Assembly (NCBI RefSeq): GCF_027921745.1
Contig: NC_079238.1
Location: forward strand, 4,092,001-4,156,000
Length of the DNA: 64,000 nt
Direction of reading: 5' to 3'
DNA from: Schizosaccharomyces osmophilus
Taxonomy: Eukaryota
In this document: one piece after another, positions 12,036-24,344 of the stretch
Layout: each line of letters begins with the position of its first letter
Position numbering within the stretch: the stretch's first letter is position 1
The notes under the pieces: generated by a model
The model's input: only the letters and a program-made list of their open reading frames with translations
Databases searched by the model: none
Told to the model about the DNA's origin: nothing
Made by a program: the position numbers and the translations under genes

Positions 12036-12791
12036 AAACATAGCATAATACAAGTCAATACTTATATCTCATTCCGCATCACCGTTTTTTTTTTTTTTTT
12101 TCAACAAATACTAGATGGATGCTTTAATTATCCCCCACCTCGGCTTGCTAATATACCAAAAAGGATACTGGAATCATACATTTAATTTTTATGTCGCTTA
12201 ATTTGCAGATAATAAAAAAAATGATATGCTAGTACTGATTTAATAATTATTATGGAAAAACAAAAAAAACCGAAAAACAACATTATATCACAATACTTTG
12301 GCTTTCACTCTTTGGCGATTACTAAAAAAAGACATGAAAATACAAAAAGACGAAACATTTACTTCGGCGTGGTATGGGTGCATCTCTACTTTCTCTTATT
12401 GCAACAAACATTCGCATCTCTCCATCAAGCACTAATAATTTGAAATCGACAAAATAAAAGATCACTTACTATTTTTTTTTATTTACCAAGATTCCGTATA
12501 TAAAAATGTGTATATATATTTAAGTAGTATATATGTACAAGTGCATGCGCCAGCCAGCTATTACTTCTTTAAAATCTTCATCCTTTTTTTCCTTAAAAAA
12601 AAAAAAATTCCAATACATTATGATAATTAATATACAAACGCCTCTACTAAGAAACGTAATTAACAAAAACGATAGTACTGTAAATTAAAGCACTCGCACA
12701 GACTTAATGTTCCTCACGAAAAAAAAGTCTCCTACTCTGATAGCCCATTCTCATAAGCAGTCCTTTAAAAATAAGTTTTTCAGCTTCTTTT

Positions 12792-14547
12792 TCACCAAAC
12801 GGAGCAATCACTTGAAAAAGCTTTCGCAACAATTTTTTTGTTACGGGCATCCTCATCCTCAGATTGATTTTTTTTAAAATGCCGCCGAAGGACAGCGCTG
12901 TTCAAAGATGCCTTCTGTCTCCGTTCCCATAATAAATCTCTTCTTAAACTTTCCGGAATTTCCGAGTTCAGTAACTTCGTCCTGTTAGCATTATTGTGGG
13001 AGATTTGATAAACTCTTGGTTCTGACGACTGCGGAATACTATCACTTAAAAGGCTAGAGTTTGATGCGTCCATCTTGGCTTCATGGGCATCTGTGTTGTC
13101 TTTATTAAAATGTATTACTGGTGAAGCTGTAGGCACTCTTGATTTTGAATCGTCATTGTGTCCATTGCGAGCTCTATCCTCTTTTGACAAGAGCAATGAC
13201 AAAGCGCTATTTCGATAAGAAGAAAACGGTGTAGGAGGTCGTTTATAGAAGCAAGGAGGGGTGTTTGTTTCTTCATCAACGGATACCCATGCATCTTCAT
13301 CGTCACTTACTGAACTCACATTTCGACTTTCATCAGCGTTTCTTGTTTTAAGTTTGGGGTCAACACAAAATTTAGGAGGATTCGTTTCATCATCAGTTGT
13401 AGATATCATAGAAGATGACTGTGAGTTGTTTTTTACAGAATAGGCACCTCGAAGATAAAAAAAGGGGTGACTTTTATTTATAATAGGAGGCTGCTTCAAG
13501 GTTCCGAATCCGGCATTGGAGTCTTGAAGTGCAGTTTTTGTCTTAGTAGACGGCGAAGGAGTTGTTTTTGCAGAGCTTGGGTGAAATCCATGGATAACAC
13601 TTGTTGTTTTTCCCGGTGTCACGGTAAGTTTGGCAATTTTTTCTCGTTCAGCATTCTTGGCTCTAGCAGCTGCGGCGACAGAGTCACTGACGGATTTATT
13701 TACTGTCTGTAATTTTACACGGTAAGAGGGAACAGGTTTTGAGATCCTTTCCTTTGGCATTTCTTCATTCTGCAAAGTAGGACCAGAAGGTGTCATCCTA
13801 TCAGAATACGCATCCTTTCGACGTTCTAGATTGGAAGAAGAAGAAGCAAAGTATGGTTCACTAACAGTTACCGCCAAGGCCGGTCGATCTTGATGTTTAG
13901 AAGATGGATTTGAGGGCTGTTGATGAAGGTCAGCCTTTTTGTAAGCATAAGAGGAATCTTCTTTCGAAAGTTTTTCAACCGATTTTTCAAGAGGTTTTTC
14001 CAAGGGAGAAAATGATGTAATAAGTTGACTAAATGTATCCGAGGAAATTAGGCGCGAATTGGAACGTCTGGTTTGTGGGCGTAAGGAAGAAGTTGAATTG
14101 ATTAAACCTCTTGGGTTATCATGCACGGAAGACTCTTGACTTCCAAAATTAGTACTCGAATTTAGACGGATCGTGTCGGACTTGCTATTAGGGGAGTAAG
14201 TACAGACACCCGCATCTGAATCTGCAGACGAAGCTATAGAACCGCAACTGGAAGAAAGATCAGGAATTGAAGCTTCCATGCGTTCGTAAGGACTTTGTCC
14301 AGATTCAGACATAACAGTTTCGCGATACCAAAGCCGCCATGAAAGGTTTTCGAGGCGACGACCGTTTTCAAGGTTTTCGGCGCATTTGGTAAAAACTAAA
14401 AAGAAATCACGTTAATATAGAGCCTCTGTTAAACACATTACCATTCCACATGCAGCTCAAGTTGTCTGCGGTCAAAGTACCCAATTTCGCAATATTGTCT
14501 GTCTCTAAAGAGAGCATTGGATTTGAAGAAAGCATTCTCTTCGTCAT
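12792..14547 (-). CDS. DUF1752/DUF3295 fungal protein; exons 14442-14547, 12792-14395
   Basis: Splicing GTAATG..TTAAC..TAG gives MTKRMLSSNP...MWNVFTKCAENLENGRRLENLSWRLWYRE (DUF1752). The C-terminus has SEIPESLRRDLLWERRQK (DUF3295-like). Confidence 0.85.
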
Positions 14548-16146
14548 AGTGGATTGAATTGGACAATAGAAAAATGGCAAAGTTATATGCAAAGCAATAA
14601 AGGAAAGGAAATTTGGAACGTTGACAAGATAAGTAATAAAAGCAAACAAGTCAAGAAATGACAAAAGAAGAAAACTTGAAAAGAAAACGACAAAAGAAAA
14701 AAGAGAAAAGAATTGAACAATGATGAAAAAAGAGCGTATTATAGTTTACTGAAAACTGCGCAGAATTGACGATTGCTGAATAATCACAAACTTAATTATT
14801 CTTCGGTATCCAAATTTTCCAATTGAATAAAGATATGGGTTTCCAAAGTAGCCGGCCAAAGTCGCAAAAAATACTAAAAGCGATGAAGTGTATGAAAACG
14901 TTTATGGCATAGGTTCGCTTTTCTGAAAAACGCGTATACAAAAAGCACCAAGACCAATTACAAAGTATAGTAAAACAAGATGACCCTACAATGCTCTGAG
15001 AGAGTAAAACAAGCGTTTTGTCGCACACAAAAGAGAGCTGCTCAAAAAGATGATGTCCCAAAAAAGTTATGGTAAGTTCAAGAATACAATAGTTCCAATG
15101 GCAAAACAATCGTTAAATTCAACTTTTACGTCGAACTTAACGACAAACAGCCTATGAAAGCACTAAAAGAATCGCTTTATAGCAACTTTTTGGGAAGTCG
15201 GCGCTTGCTTTTTCTTTGTTGTCGGCACCTTCTAAACTCCCATATAAATGAGGAAAACAAACATGTTTACTTCATAACGTTAGAGTGCGGTAATATGTGT
15301 ACCGTCCTTCGGTTAAGAATATACTAACCAGTCCACCAAGGGTGGAAAAGTCATAATGATCAGAAGTATAACATTCAACATGCTGCCTTTGAACATTCAA
15401 GTTCCAAACTATTTCGCGAAACCCATTTCCAAGAAAACTGCCTGGACCCGGGGCATTAAAGGGAAGAGCGCATAGAAATGGATGATGAAAACGATTTGCT
15501 TTGTTTGTTTACATAATGATGTGTCATAAAGGAAAGGCTGGAATTCGTAGAGATTTACTGGCTGAGTCAAATGTCTTTCTTTGTTCTTGTTTATGAAGAA
15601 AGTACGATAAAGCTTTCGAGTAGAAGAGCGAAATGATGCTGAATCCCAAGTTGTCTTGGAAATCCCTATGCATGATCCAATTTTTGCAAATGAACAAATC
15701 TTTCTCCTAGGGAACACAAACCTGCATGAGACTGTTTTCTTGTTACGGAAGTAGTATAGAAATCAAATGAATTGCGGTTCCATGTTTAATCATAAAAGAA
15801 AGTAAATTTGTATAATTGTTTGTAAAGTGGCTTGAAATCGCCCGATTCTGGCTAATACATACATAATACAGTACGTCTTTTCAATTCCATCTAGACTTTT
15901 AAGAAAAGTTTCAACTACCGTCCGACCGATGCAATTCCATTGATAGATCCATCAAATTAGACCCAAAGCCGGCCTTACGTATTTGTTGACTTTACAACAA
16001 TCATCAAATCCTTGTCTATACAAGGAACAAACTTGATTCCTACTTTCTAGTTTTGATTTTTCAATGGTTATTCATTTCCAAACTATGAAAGAGTTTCTTT
16101 TTTTTCGTCAACCGAATACCTCAGTCAAGCCATCCACGTAACATTC

Positions 16147-17787
16147 TTAATTGTACTCGTCGTCTTTTGAGCCGGCAACGATAATATCATTCACCTTCAA
16201 AACCATTCTGCAAAGTTGAGTAGCAAGAAGTAATTGCTGCTTCTTGCCAATGAGAGGGTCAATTACGAATTGCTCCTTCATGTTATTGTGGCCTGTATGA
16301 AGGCAATCAATACCCAAGTGAGAATTGTTTTCTTTAACCTGACGTGCCTTAACAGCAGTCAAGGCCTCAATAGATGACAAACCACTGTTTTCCGCCAAGG
16401 CCAAAGGAACGGTGTCTAGAGCATCTGCGAAGGCACGCATAGAATATTGATCGATACCAGGAATCTTTTCTGCTTCTTGGTTGACTGCCAAGGAACATGA
16501 AACTTCTGCAGCACCACCTCCGTATACAACGCGGTTATCACGAATCAAGTTTCGTACAACACACAAAGCATCATGAAGAGCACGTTTGGCTTCGTCAACT
16601 ATCATCTTATTACTTCCACGGACAAAAATGGTCACAGCACGAGTATTAGCACACTGTTCAATCACCAAAATCTTGTCGCGAGTGGTACCAAAAGTGACTT
16701 CACGAACCAATCCAGCCTTACCGAGTTTATCACTAGAAAGATCTTCAAATCGAGGAACAATGCGTCCATTGGTAGCGATGGCAATTAACTCAATCTCTGG
16801 TCCACCCACCCAACGGACAGCCGGAAGATTATTTTGCAAAAGTAAATGATTAGCTTCATCATCAAAACCCCATTGGCAAATAACAAGGTTTGCTCCAGCG
16901 TCCTTCACGTGCTTAATCATGCCTTCAAACGTTTCTCTCTCATAGTTTTGTAAAGCCTCAAACTCATTCACCGATGTGATGTCCAATTTGTGCTTGGTTT
17001 TGGGTTTGGGAGGCTCGAAAGGGCATGTTAGAATGGCAAGCTTTGCATCTTCAATACGATGAGGCATTTGAGGGTGAGACATATCCTTATCAACAACCAC
17101 ACCTTTGACGAGAGTCGTGTCATCCACAGAAGCACCAACCTTTCCATCTACTTTAATTAATTCAAAATCCACATCTTTGCGTTCAAAATCAGCAACAGAA
17201 AGGACTGCTTCAACAGCGATTTTGGCAAAGTGATCGTGGGCTTTCGATACCACTTTGCTTCCCAAACTAGTCTTTGCAGCGCGGAACAAGTTTGTGGTGT
17301 CCACTTTATCAAAATTAACAATGTCGGATATCGAGTCTAAATGTTTGACGGAATGTTGACAAGCTCTTTCGAATCCATCTGCAATTCGGATAGGATGAAT
17401 ACCCTTGTCAATCAAACTCTCAGCTTGTTCAAGCAAGGAGCCAGCCAACACTACAACACCAGTCGTACCATCACCGATTTCATCATCTTGAGATTTTGAT
17501 AACTGAACCAGCAACTTGGCGATCTGGTGTTCAACTTCCATTTGCTCTAAAATAGTAGCACCATCGTTCGTGACTGTAATGTCTCCATCTGGAGAAATCA
17601 AAATTTTATCCAATCCGCGAGGTCCTAAAGATGTACGGACAATATTGGCAACAGTCTTGGTTGCGAGGATATGGCTTTTAACGGCTTCTATACCATGCAA
17701 TCTTTTCTTCTTGTCTTGGTCGCGAACCAAAATGAAGGGATTTCCTTGGTCATCCCGGACCATAACGGCATTGTCTAAGTTTGACAT
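16147..17787 (-). CDS. cct5: Chaperonin CCT/TRiC epsilon subunit
   Basis: 546 aa; [58 protein letters not shown] (epsilon-specific). Confidence 0.97.
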   Translation of the reverse strand: MSNLDNAVMVRDDQGNPFILVRDQDKKKRLHGIEAVKSHILATKTVANIVRTSLGPRGLDKILISPDGDITVTNDGATILEQMEVEHQIAKLLVQLSKSQDDEIGDGTTGVVVLAGSLLEQAESLIDKGIHPIRIADGFERACQHSVKHLDSISDIVNFDKVDTTNLFRAAKTSLGSKVVSKAHDHFAKIAVEAVLSVADFERKDVDFELIKVDGKVGASVDDTTLVKGVVVDKDMSHPQMPHRIEDAKLAILTCPFEPPKPKTKHKLDITSVNEFEALQNYERETFEGMIKHVKDAGANLVICQWGFDDEANHLLLQNNLPAVRWVGGPEIELIAIATNGRIVPRFEDLSSDKLGKAGLVREVTFGTTRDKILVIEQCANTRAVTIFVRGSNKMIVDEAKRALHDALCVVRNLIRDNRVVYGGGAAEVSCSLAVNQEAEKIPGIDQYSMRAFADALDTVPLALAENSGLSSIEALTAVKARQVKENNSHLGIDCLHTGHNNMKEQFVIDPLIGKKQQLLLATQLCRMVLKVNDIIVAGSKDDEYN

Positions 17788-18527
17788 GATTATTTATTAT
17801 ACAGACAATCCTTTACAGCGGTTCTTTCAGTCCACTTTAGGATGTACGTTTCCTTTAACTTTCTGCTTTGCCTTACTCTCCACTGGAGAAGTTCAAATTA
17901 CACCACGCTAAACTTAACTGGATTTTCTCTTTTAAGGAATATATAAATGTCCTTAAAATGATAATTGGATTCGCAGAAAGTAAATGTGGTAGTGGTGAAG
18001 TTTTGACCTTGTCTTTCGTCCCAGTTACCAAGTGAAGAACGCTTGGTAAATAGCGTATACCAATGAATTTCACTAAACCAAACTGAAGAAATAAGAATTC
18101 ATTCTATAAAAAGAAAACTTTTCTTCTCTTTTTGTAATACAAATCAAAAGTTACATTGTTGTATAATGAATATGAATGCAAAAGCGTTTTTGTTTGAATC
18201 CTGCATGGTCATTGTATTGAGACGAAACGCGATTTCACATCTCACACTGACAGCGTTACATAAAAATATCCTATAATACTAGTTATTTCTGACTACCAAA
18301 CTAACTTACAGTCGCTCTCTCTACTTTTTTTCTTTCTACTACGAATTTTTTTCTCTTGCATTCTTACTTTTGTTTACTACGGTATTGCAACACAGTAGTG
18401 TTCAACAAGTGTTACGAATGCAACAGTAACGTGTTAACCCATCTAACATATTACAACAAACTATAGTGAGCATCATGGAAAGTCATACTTGGCATCAAAG
18501 ATGTTTCCAACAACCAAATCTTTGGCA

Positions 18528-19912
18528 ATGGAAGCAAAACCAGAAATCGATTTATCAAACAAGTTTGAAGATTTAAAAAAGGAGCTGGGTGCTTTTAGCA
18601 CCACGGATTTTGTAAGGATTGAAGAGAAGGCCGTTGTTTTCGTGTTTATTAACATATTGTTTAGGACAGTTCCTTAGAAAAGCTTCTAATCTTTGAGAAG
18701 CAAGTGCGTCAAGCCTCGGACGCAATCACCAATACGAAAGTATTAGGTTTTATTGCGGACCTTTTATACCATGCCCACGATTTCCAAGGCCTGAATGAAC
18801 AGCTGGTGAACCTGTCTAAAAAGCATGGCCAACTCAAGCAAGCAATGACGAGCCTTGTTCAACATGTAATGAATTATTTACCTGCTATTGAAGACTTAAA
18901 GACCAAAATAGACTTGATTGAGACTTTACGAACAATTACGGATGGAAAAATTTATGTAGAAGTTGAAAGAGCTCGTCTCACCCAGCTTTTGTCACAGATC
19001 AAAGAAGAGCGTGGTGATGTTAAAGCGGCTCAGGAAATTCTATGTAATGAACCTGTTGAAACTTACGGCTCTTTTGACCAGAAGGAAAAGGTTGCTTTTA
19101 TACTTGACCAAGTGCGTTTGTTCCTCTTACGTTCTGATTTTTATATGGCCTCTATTTTTACTAAAAAGATTAATACCAAATTCTTCGGAAAAGAAGGAGT
19201 TCAGTCTCTAAAACTCAAATATTATGAACAAAAAATTCGTATTGGGTTGCATGACGATGCTTACCTTGATGTTTGCAAATACTACCGCGCCGTCTATGAT
19301 ACTTCTATTGTCCAGGAGGATCCGGAAAAATGGAAGGAGATTTTGGAGAACGTCGTCTGCTTTGTCTTGTTAAGTCCTTATGATAACGAGCAAGCTGACT
19401 TGCTTTATCGCATCAACTCCGATCATAAACTGAACTCTCTTCCTTTACTTCAACAATTGGTAAAGTGCTTTACAGTTAATGAATTAATGCGTTGGCCAAA
19501 AATTTCCGAAATTTACGGTTCTGTTTTGAGAAGCACTCCTGTTTTTGCCGAGAATGATGAGAAGGGCGAGAAACGCTGGTCTGAATTGCGCAAACGTGTC
19601 ATTGAACACAACATGCGCACAGTTGCTAAGTACTACTCTCGTATTCAATGTGATCGTTTAGGCGTTCTTTTGGACATGAGCCGCGAGGAAACCGAACTGT
19701 TTTTGTCTGATCTCATTACCAAAGGTCAATTTTATGCTCGTATCGATCGTCCTGCCCAAGTAATTACTTTCAAGAAACCCAAGAACGTTCATGAACAGCT
19801 TAACGAATGGGGTTCAAATATCTCCGCTCTTCTTGAAAAGTTAGAGAAGACGAGACAATTAATTATAAAAGAGGAAATGATGCATTCGATACAGCAGGCT
19901 GTAGCCAAATAA
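18528..19912 (+). CDS. rpn5: 26S proteasome lid subunit Rpn5 (PCI); exons 18528-18611, 18665-19912
   Basis: MEAKPEID...|DSSLEKLLIFEKQVRQASD, KKHGQLKQA, GKIYVEVERARLT, RVIEHN, ARIDRP. Intron GTAAGG..TTAAC..TAG. Confidence 0.95.
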
Positions 19913-20093
19913 GCGTTTAAAGAACAAAAGACGAATGAAAGTTTGGCTTGTCCTTTATGTATAATGACAAAATTTCCATAATTGTTTAACGTGCGTAGAA
20001 TGATTTCAATAAAATATTGTTGGATATCAACACTTAAGTAAAAAAAAGTAATATTATTATAGTTTGTTATCTCAATATTATCCGATGAGCCTG

Positions 20094-22310
20094 TTAATTT
20101 AACTGGGTTAGTAAATTTCCATTATTGTCATATTTTGCTTCAAAGAACGTGTAACTAAGCAGTATATCATCTACGTATTTCATGTTTGGGTCATCAACAA
20201 ACTCGGGATCCAAAAAGAAAAATACAGGCAAGTCAACTTTCTCCCGGGCGTCTAGCTTTTGCTCTTCGAAACAAAAACAAGCAACCTTGGAGAAATATAC
20301 AGCGGCTTGGCCTGGTACTATATTATAGGTAGCAACGCCAACTATGTCTTCGTCGGAAAAGTTTTCAGCCGTATAAAAAGCAAGAGCAGTTTCTCCTGGT
20401 TGAACCCATATTTCTTTTTGTTGAGGATACAACTTCCAACGAAGATTTCCTGCAACATCTCCATTAAATGTTACTCTTACTCGTTTAGCATCTCTACGAG
20501 GAACCATTCTATCAACATTCATACGCTCCTGATCAGTATTGACTGTTCCACCGTAACCTGTCTTAGAACAAAACAAGCGGTAAAGAGGGACTGATGCATA
20601 TGTTATTCCAAGCACCAAAATAGTGAGAGCAATTAAATAGTTAATAGTTGTTTGCCGTTCATACTTTAACTTTGGATTAATCGTATATCTTCGTGAATAG
20701 TATCGCTTGTTAATTAATAATCCTTTAGCTGGTTCCGAACATTTGAATGAGTTCTGACGAAAATAAGGCCGGGTACTATAATAGCGTTTTCCGGTAAAAA
20801 CATAGCTTGGTATTGATTCTTCAGAAACCTTGGAAGAATCTTGCAAAGGGGAATTTAGAGTAACAGGTTGTTCCTTAGCTTCTAAAGGTTTATGGGTATG
20901 CGGTTTTTGCTCAACACTTTGAACTTTACCTTTAATAGGGAAACGATCTCCTTGATTGGATTTTCTAGCAATTTGGTAGTACAATTTACCTTGAGACTTA
21001 GGTACAGTGTGTCGACGAAGCTGAGCATCGTGATCGCACACATCAACAATAACATGGCCACGACGCTTCAAAGGTGATCGGATTATACGGGGCCAATTTA
21101 TATGGCTATCAGTAGCCTCAAAATCGGGGTTCGAAAGCTCTTGTTCACTTTGGACAGGTTTATATGCATTTGACTCACGAGTTACTCCTTTTTGCAAAAC
21201 GACATAGCTAAATTTTGAGTGAGACTGAGATCTCTGTTCACTCCTTGGAACATATAAGCGAGAAAAGGAAGGAAAAAAGAAATGCTGTTTGAAGTTACAG
21301 ACGTTTGCTCTCACGCCGCCCTCTATGTTAATGGGACAACGATCTTCGTGAGGGCAAGGAGCTAGAATTCTTGCATCTAGGCGGTCATTTTCCTTATCTT
21401 TTTCTCTATTTAATAAAAATGATCTAGCTCTCTTAATGGCATGAAATCCATGTTTTGAGCCTTGCTCAGTTAAGATTACGATACCTCCTTTGTTCAACAG
21501 AGACCAAAGCGCACGTAAGTATCCAAAAAGCTCTTCATCTGAACCACACTCAAGAAGGCGATTAGAAGCGATAACTAAATCGTAGTTCCCTTTTTGGGAA
21601 AGCGGCAATCGGCCTAAAAGTTCGGGATTTAAATTCTCAGAATCCAGCGAAGCACCAATGGTTTGATTGACTTGTTTTATAATTTCACGGAGAAAACTGT
21701 TTTCTTCTACAACAGAAAACGGAATCGTCGAGGGAAAAAAAGATTGACTCAAAATCGCACCCAAGCTTGGTCCTTTTCCGCAATCCAAAACTTTCAGTTG
21801 GTCGCTCGGTTTACTTTTCAAAAGACTTTTGAGTTCATAAAATATGTGATATAACGAGGCATACTGATACGGCATCGTTTCTTTTAAATACGCGATAATT
21901 TGGCCGTCTGTCATTGTCTTTGTAGATTCCTCTTTCCAAGGACGGGAAATCGGAGTCTTCGCTTCCTCTTCCCTGTGTTTGTGTATTTTACTAGTCAAGC
22001 TTTTAATTCGACCCTTGTCGGCATTGATTAAAAGTTCATCTATACAAAGATTGAAAGCAGTATGAAGATGCAAATCGCCAGACTTTTTTTGATCTTTCAA
22101 AAGAAATTTATATAAAGTAGGAGAGCCCGGATCCAAAGCACCATTGTCCAGCTTACTTACTTGTTCAACTTGTGTGGAATATCTCCTCGATAGAAACCTG
22201 ACCCAATTCGTTCCTGTCGGCTGTACAAGGCATTTATTTAAACTGTTTTTCTTCAATTTGGTGATTGAATTTTTAAACTGACACCGAGAAACCCATTTTA
22301 AATGATACAT
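20094..22310 (-). CDS. cox11: Rsm22-Cox11 tandem fusion precursor (mitoribosome SSU assembly factor plus cytochrome c oxidase copper chaperone)
   Basis: Single 738 aa ORF. N-terminal presequence; Rsm22 motifs APCPHEDRCP, WPRIIRSPLKRRGHVIVDVC, VPKSQGKLYYQIARKS; C-terminal Cox11 TM, YASVPLYRLFCSKTGYGG and Cu-binding CFCFEEQ. Confidence 0.95.
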   Translation of the reverse strand: MYHLKWVSRCQFKNSITKLKKNSLNKCLVQPTGTNWVRFLSRRYSTQVEQVSKLDNGALDPGSPTLYKFLLKDQKKSGDLHLHTAFNLCIDELLINADKGRIKSLTSKIHKHREEEAKTPISRPWKEESTKTMTDGQIIAYLKETMPYQYASLYHIFYELKSLLKSKPSDQLKVLDCGKGPSLGAILSQSFFPSTIPFSVVEENSFLREIIKQVNQTIGASLDSENLNPELLGRLPLSQKGNYDLVIASNRLLECGSDEELFGYLRALWSLLNKGGIVILTEQGSKHGFHAIKRARSFLLNREKDKENDRLDARILAPCPHEDRCPINIEGGVRANVCNFKQHFFFPSFSRLYVPRSEQRSQSHSKFSYVVLQKGVTRESNAYKPVQSEQELSNPDFEATDSHINWPRIIRSPLKRRGHVIVDVCDHDAQLRRHTVPKSQGKLYYQIARKSNQGDRFPIKGKVQSVEQKPHTHKPLEAKEQPVTLNSPLQDSSKVSEESIPSYVFTGKRYYSTRPYFRQNSFKCSEPAKGLLINKRYYSRRYTINPKLKYERQTTINYLIALTILVLGITYASVPLYRLFCSKTGYGGTVNTDQERMNVDRMVPRRDAKRVRVTFNGDVAGNLRWKLYPQQKEIWVQPGETALAFYTAENFSDEDIVGVATYNIVPGQAAVYFSKVACFCFEEQKLDAREKVDLPVFFFLDPEFVDDPNMKYVDDILLSYTFFEAKYDNNGNLLTQLN

Positions 22311-23132
22311 ATGAGTGTTTCATTAATAATTAAACAAAAATTAATGTTTTGGAAAATATAAGAGACGAGGGCATGTTTGCATGTTAATTCGCAATGTTAC
22401 CCATTTGAAAGGTAACAACATTCTGAGTAATTTTGAAAGAAGTCAATTCTTGTTTGTTATTCTATTTTTCTTTGTTATTTCGTATAAAATAAAAGAAAGC
22501 AGAGAATTTGATGACGATTCTGCGTTGTTTTATCATGTGTAAACTAAACCTCCTACCAAGTCGCGTAAACAAAAGCAAGATTCAAACATAAAAAAACCTT
22601 CAAACTTCGAATACTTTTGCATTCCCACATACAGGGAACCATATGAATACACTTTACCGAAGACCGTCATTAACTGTGTCTTTTTTCTCTTTTTTTTGTT
22701 TGTTTACACTAAAGTAATAGCAAATTGTGGTTTTTAAGAACTGGATTAACTGGATTGATACACTGCATGGTATACTATCTATAATTTATATTAAAAGACA
22801 TTTAAATGAAAGTAGTTATTGATGGAATGCGTATTCTCATGTTATTCATTTTTCATTAGCACAAGTCAGTAAGAATAAACAGTAAACAATATAGCAGAAA
22901 AAGAACTCATATTTAAACAGAGCTTCCTTTTATCTCTCTATTTGTTCTATTGATATTGGTAAAAAAATTGAGAAATGGATTTTTTTCATGTTGTCTAAAC
23001 TACTTTTTTTGAATCAAATACACGATTGCATTTCCTGCTAAAACCAACCACATGAAGAGTATTCTATAATAATTAACTTACAAAAACTGTACTTTGAAAG
23101 GAATTACACGCTTCTGAAAGGATTTGCTAAAT

Positions 23133-23999
23133 ATGTCAATGAAAAGAAAGCGTATTTTCCATCATCCTCAGGCGACGGCACCATTGAGTGACGAAACAAA
23201 CCAACGATGCGCATTCCCAGAAGTAGTTGAGAATCAAGGCAATTTGCAAGATGTTCAAATACCTCTCGATGGTTTAGACTATCTTGCTGCCGTAAGGTAA
23301 TAGCTAACTTTCAAAAGGTTATTGGAAAAGCATGACCATTTCAATCGCCTTCATCTACATAATTATGGAAAATAACTAATGGATTCATCTAGAAAAGAAG
23401 CCATGTCTCTCAATTCTTTTAAAAGCGCAAGTATACAACCAGAAAAATCAGAGACCAAATCTCATAATCCTCTGTACAAAGAAGTTACACAGCCCGTCTG
23501 CTCTCCAGAGCCTCTCTTGAAGGATCTTTATCATATGGTGGAAAAACATAACAAAAAGTTAACCACCTACCCTCCGCATTTGTTGTTAGACAGTTCCACA
23601 TTACCTAGTACTTTACAAGGATGGAGACAAACTATAGCAAACGAAAAGCCTTCGTGGGCTTTTGTAGCGAGTACTGACTTAGCTACTATTCTGAATATTT
23701 TTGAAAATTGTGCTTACTGGTTGGAAAATGATACCCTTGATGTTCAGGTAAGCATATTCTAGCTACTAACTCTTTACACAAGCCATATGGATTGATTTTT
23801 AACAAACGTATAGTCTCAGTGGCTGTTTTGTTTTTGCTGCAAACTACCGGATATTTTGAACGGCGAAGATGTATCTACGTTGAGATCTGCTTTGCGCTCG
23901 TTGAGAAGTACACATACTACCTTCCCGTCTATTCAAACATCAGCTTCTACTTTGAATGCTGTTTTGGTATTTCGTTATGGTCAGAGCGATCTGCTATAG
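23133..23999 (+). CDS. yip1: SMN-interacting Gemin2 homolog (Yip1); exons 23133-23296, 23393-23747, 23814-23999
   Basis: Spliced product contains [27 protein letters not shown] and FRYGQSDL (Gemin2 signatures); canonical splice sites keep the frame. Confidence 0.85.
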
Positions 24000-24344
24000 T
24001 TTTGACTTTTACTATTATCATTGTAAGATAGATGTGCATAACAGTGGAAGTGCTTGGTTTTATTTAGAGTGATACTATTTTAATTATTTAGATTCTGTTA
24101 GTCGCCTATAAATGCTTTTTTTTACTGGGTTTATTTTGATAGAATCGCTTATACTTTTTGTTTCAGCACGGCATTTATAAAAATAAAAGAATAATAATAA
24201 GAATAAGAAAAAGAAAAAGAAATTTATAAAATATTAATCATCGAATAGATTTTTGTATAATAACTCCCAAGTAAAAGCGTAATATCTATATAACATTAAT
24301 TCTCCAGTTTTACTTTAGCATAAGTTGTCGAAAATAAACAGTTC

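Noticed and set aside
15482..15565. Possible C/D snoRNA (ATGATGA ... CTGA, 84 nt)
   Set aside because: No terminal stem and no rRNA-complementary guide that I could recognise; such boxes arise by chance. snoscan would settle it.
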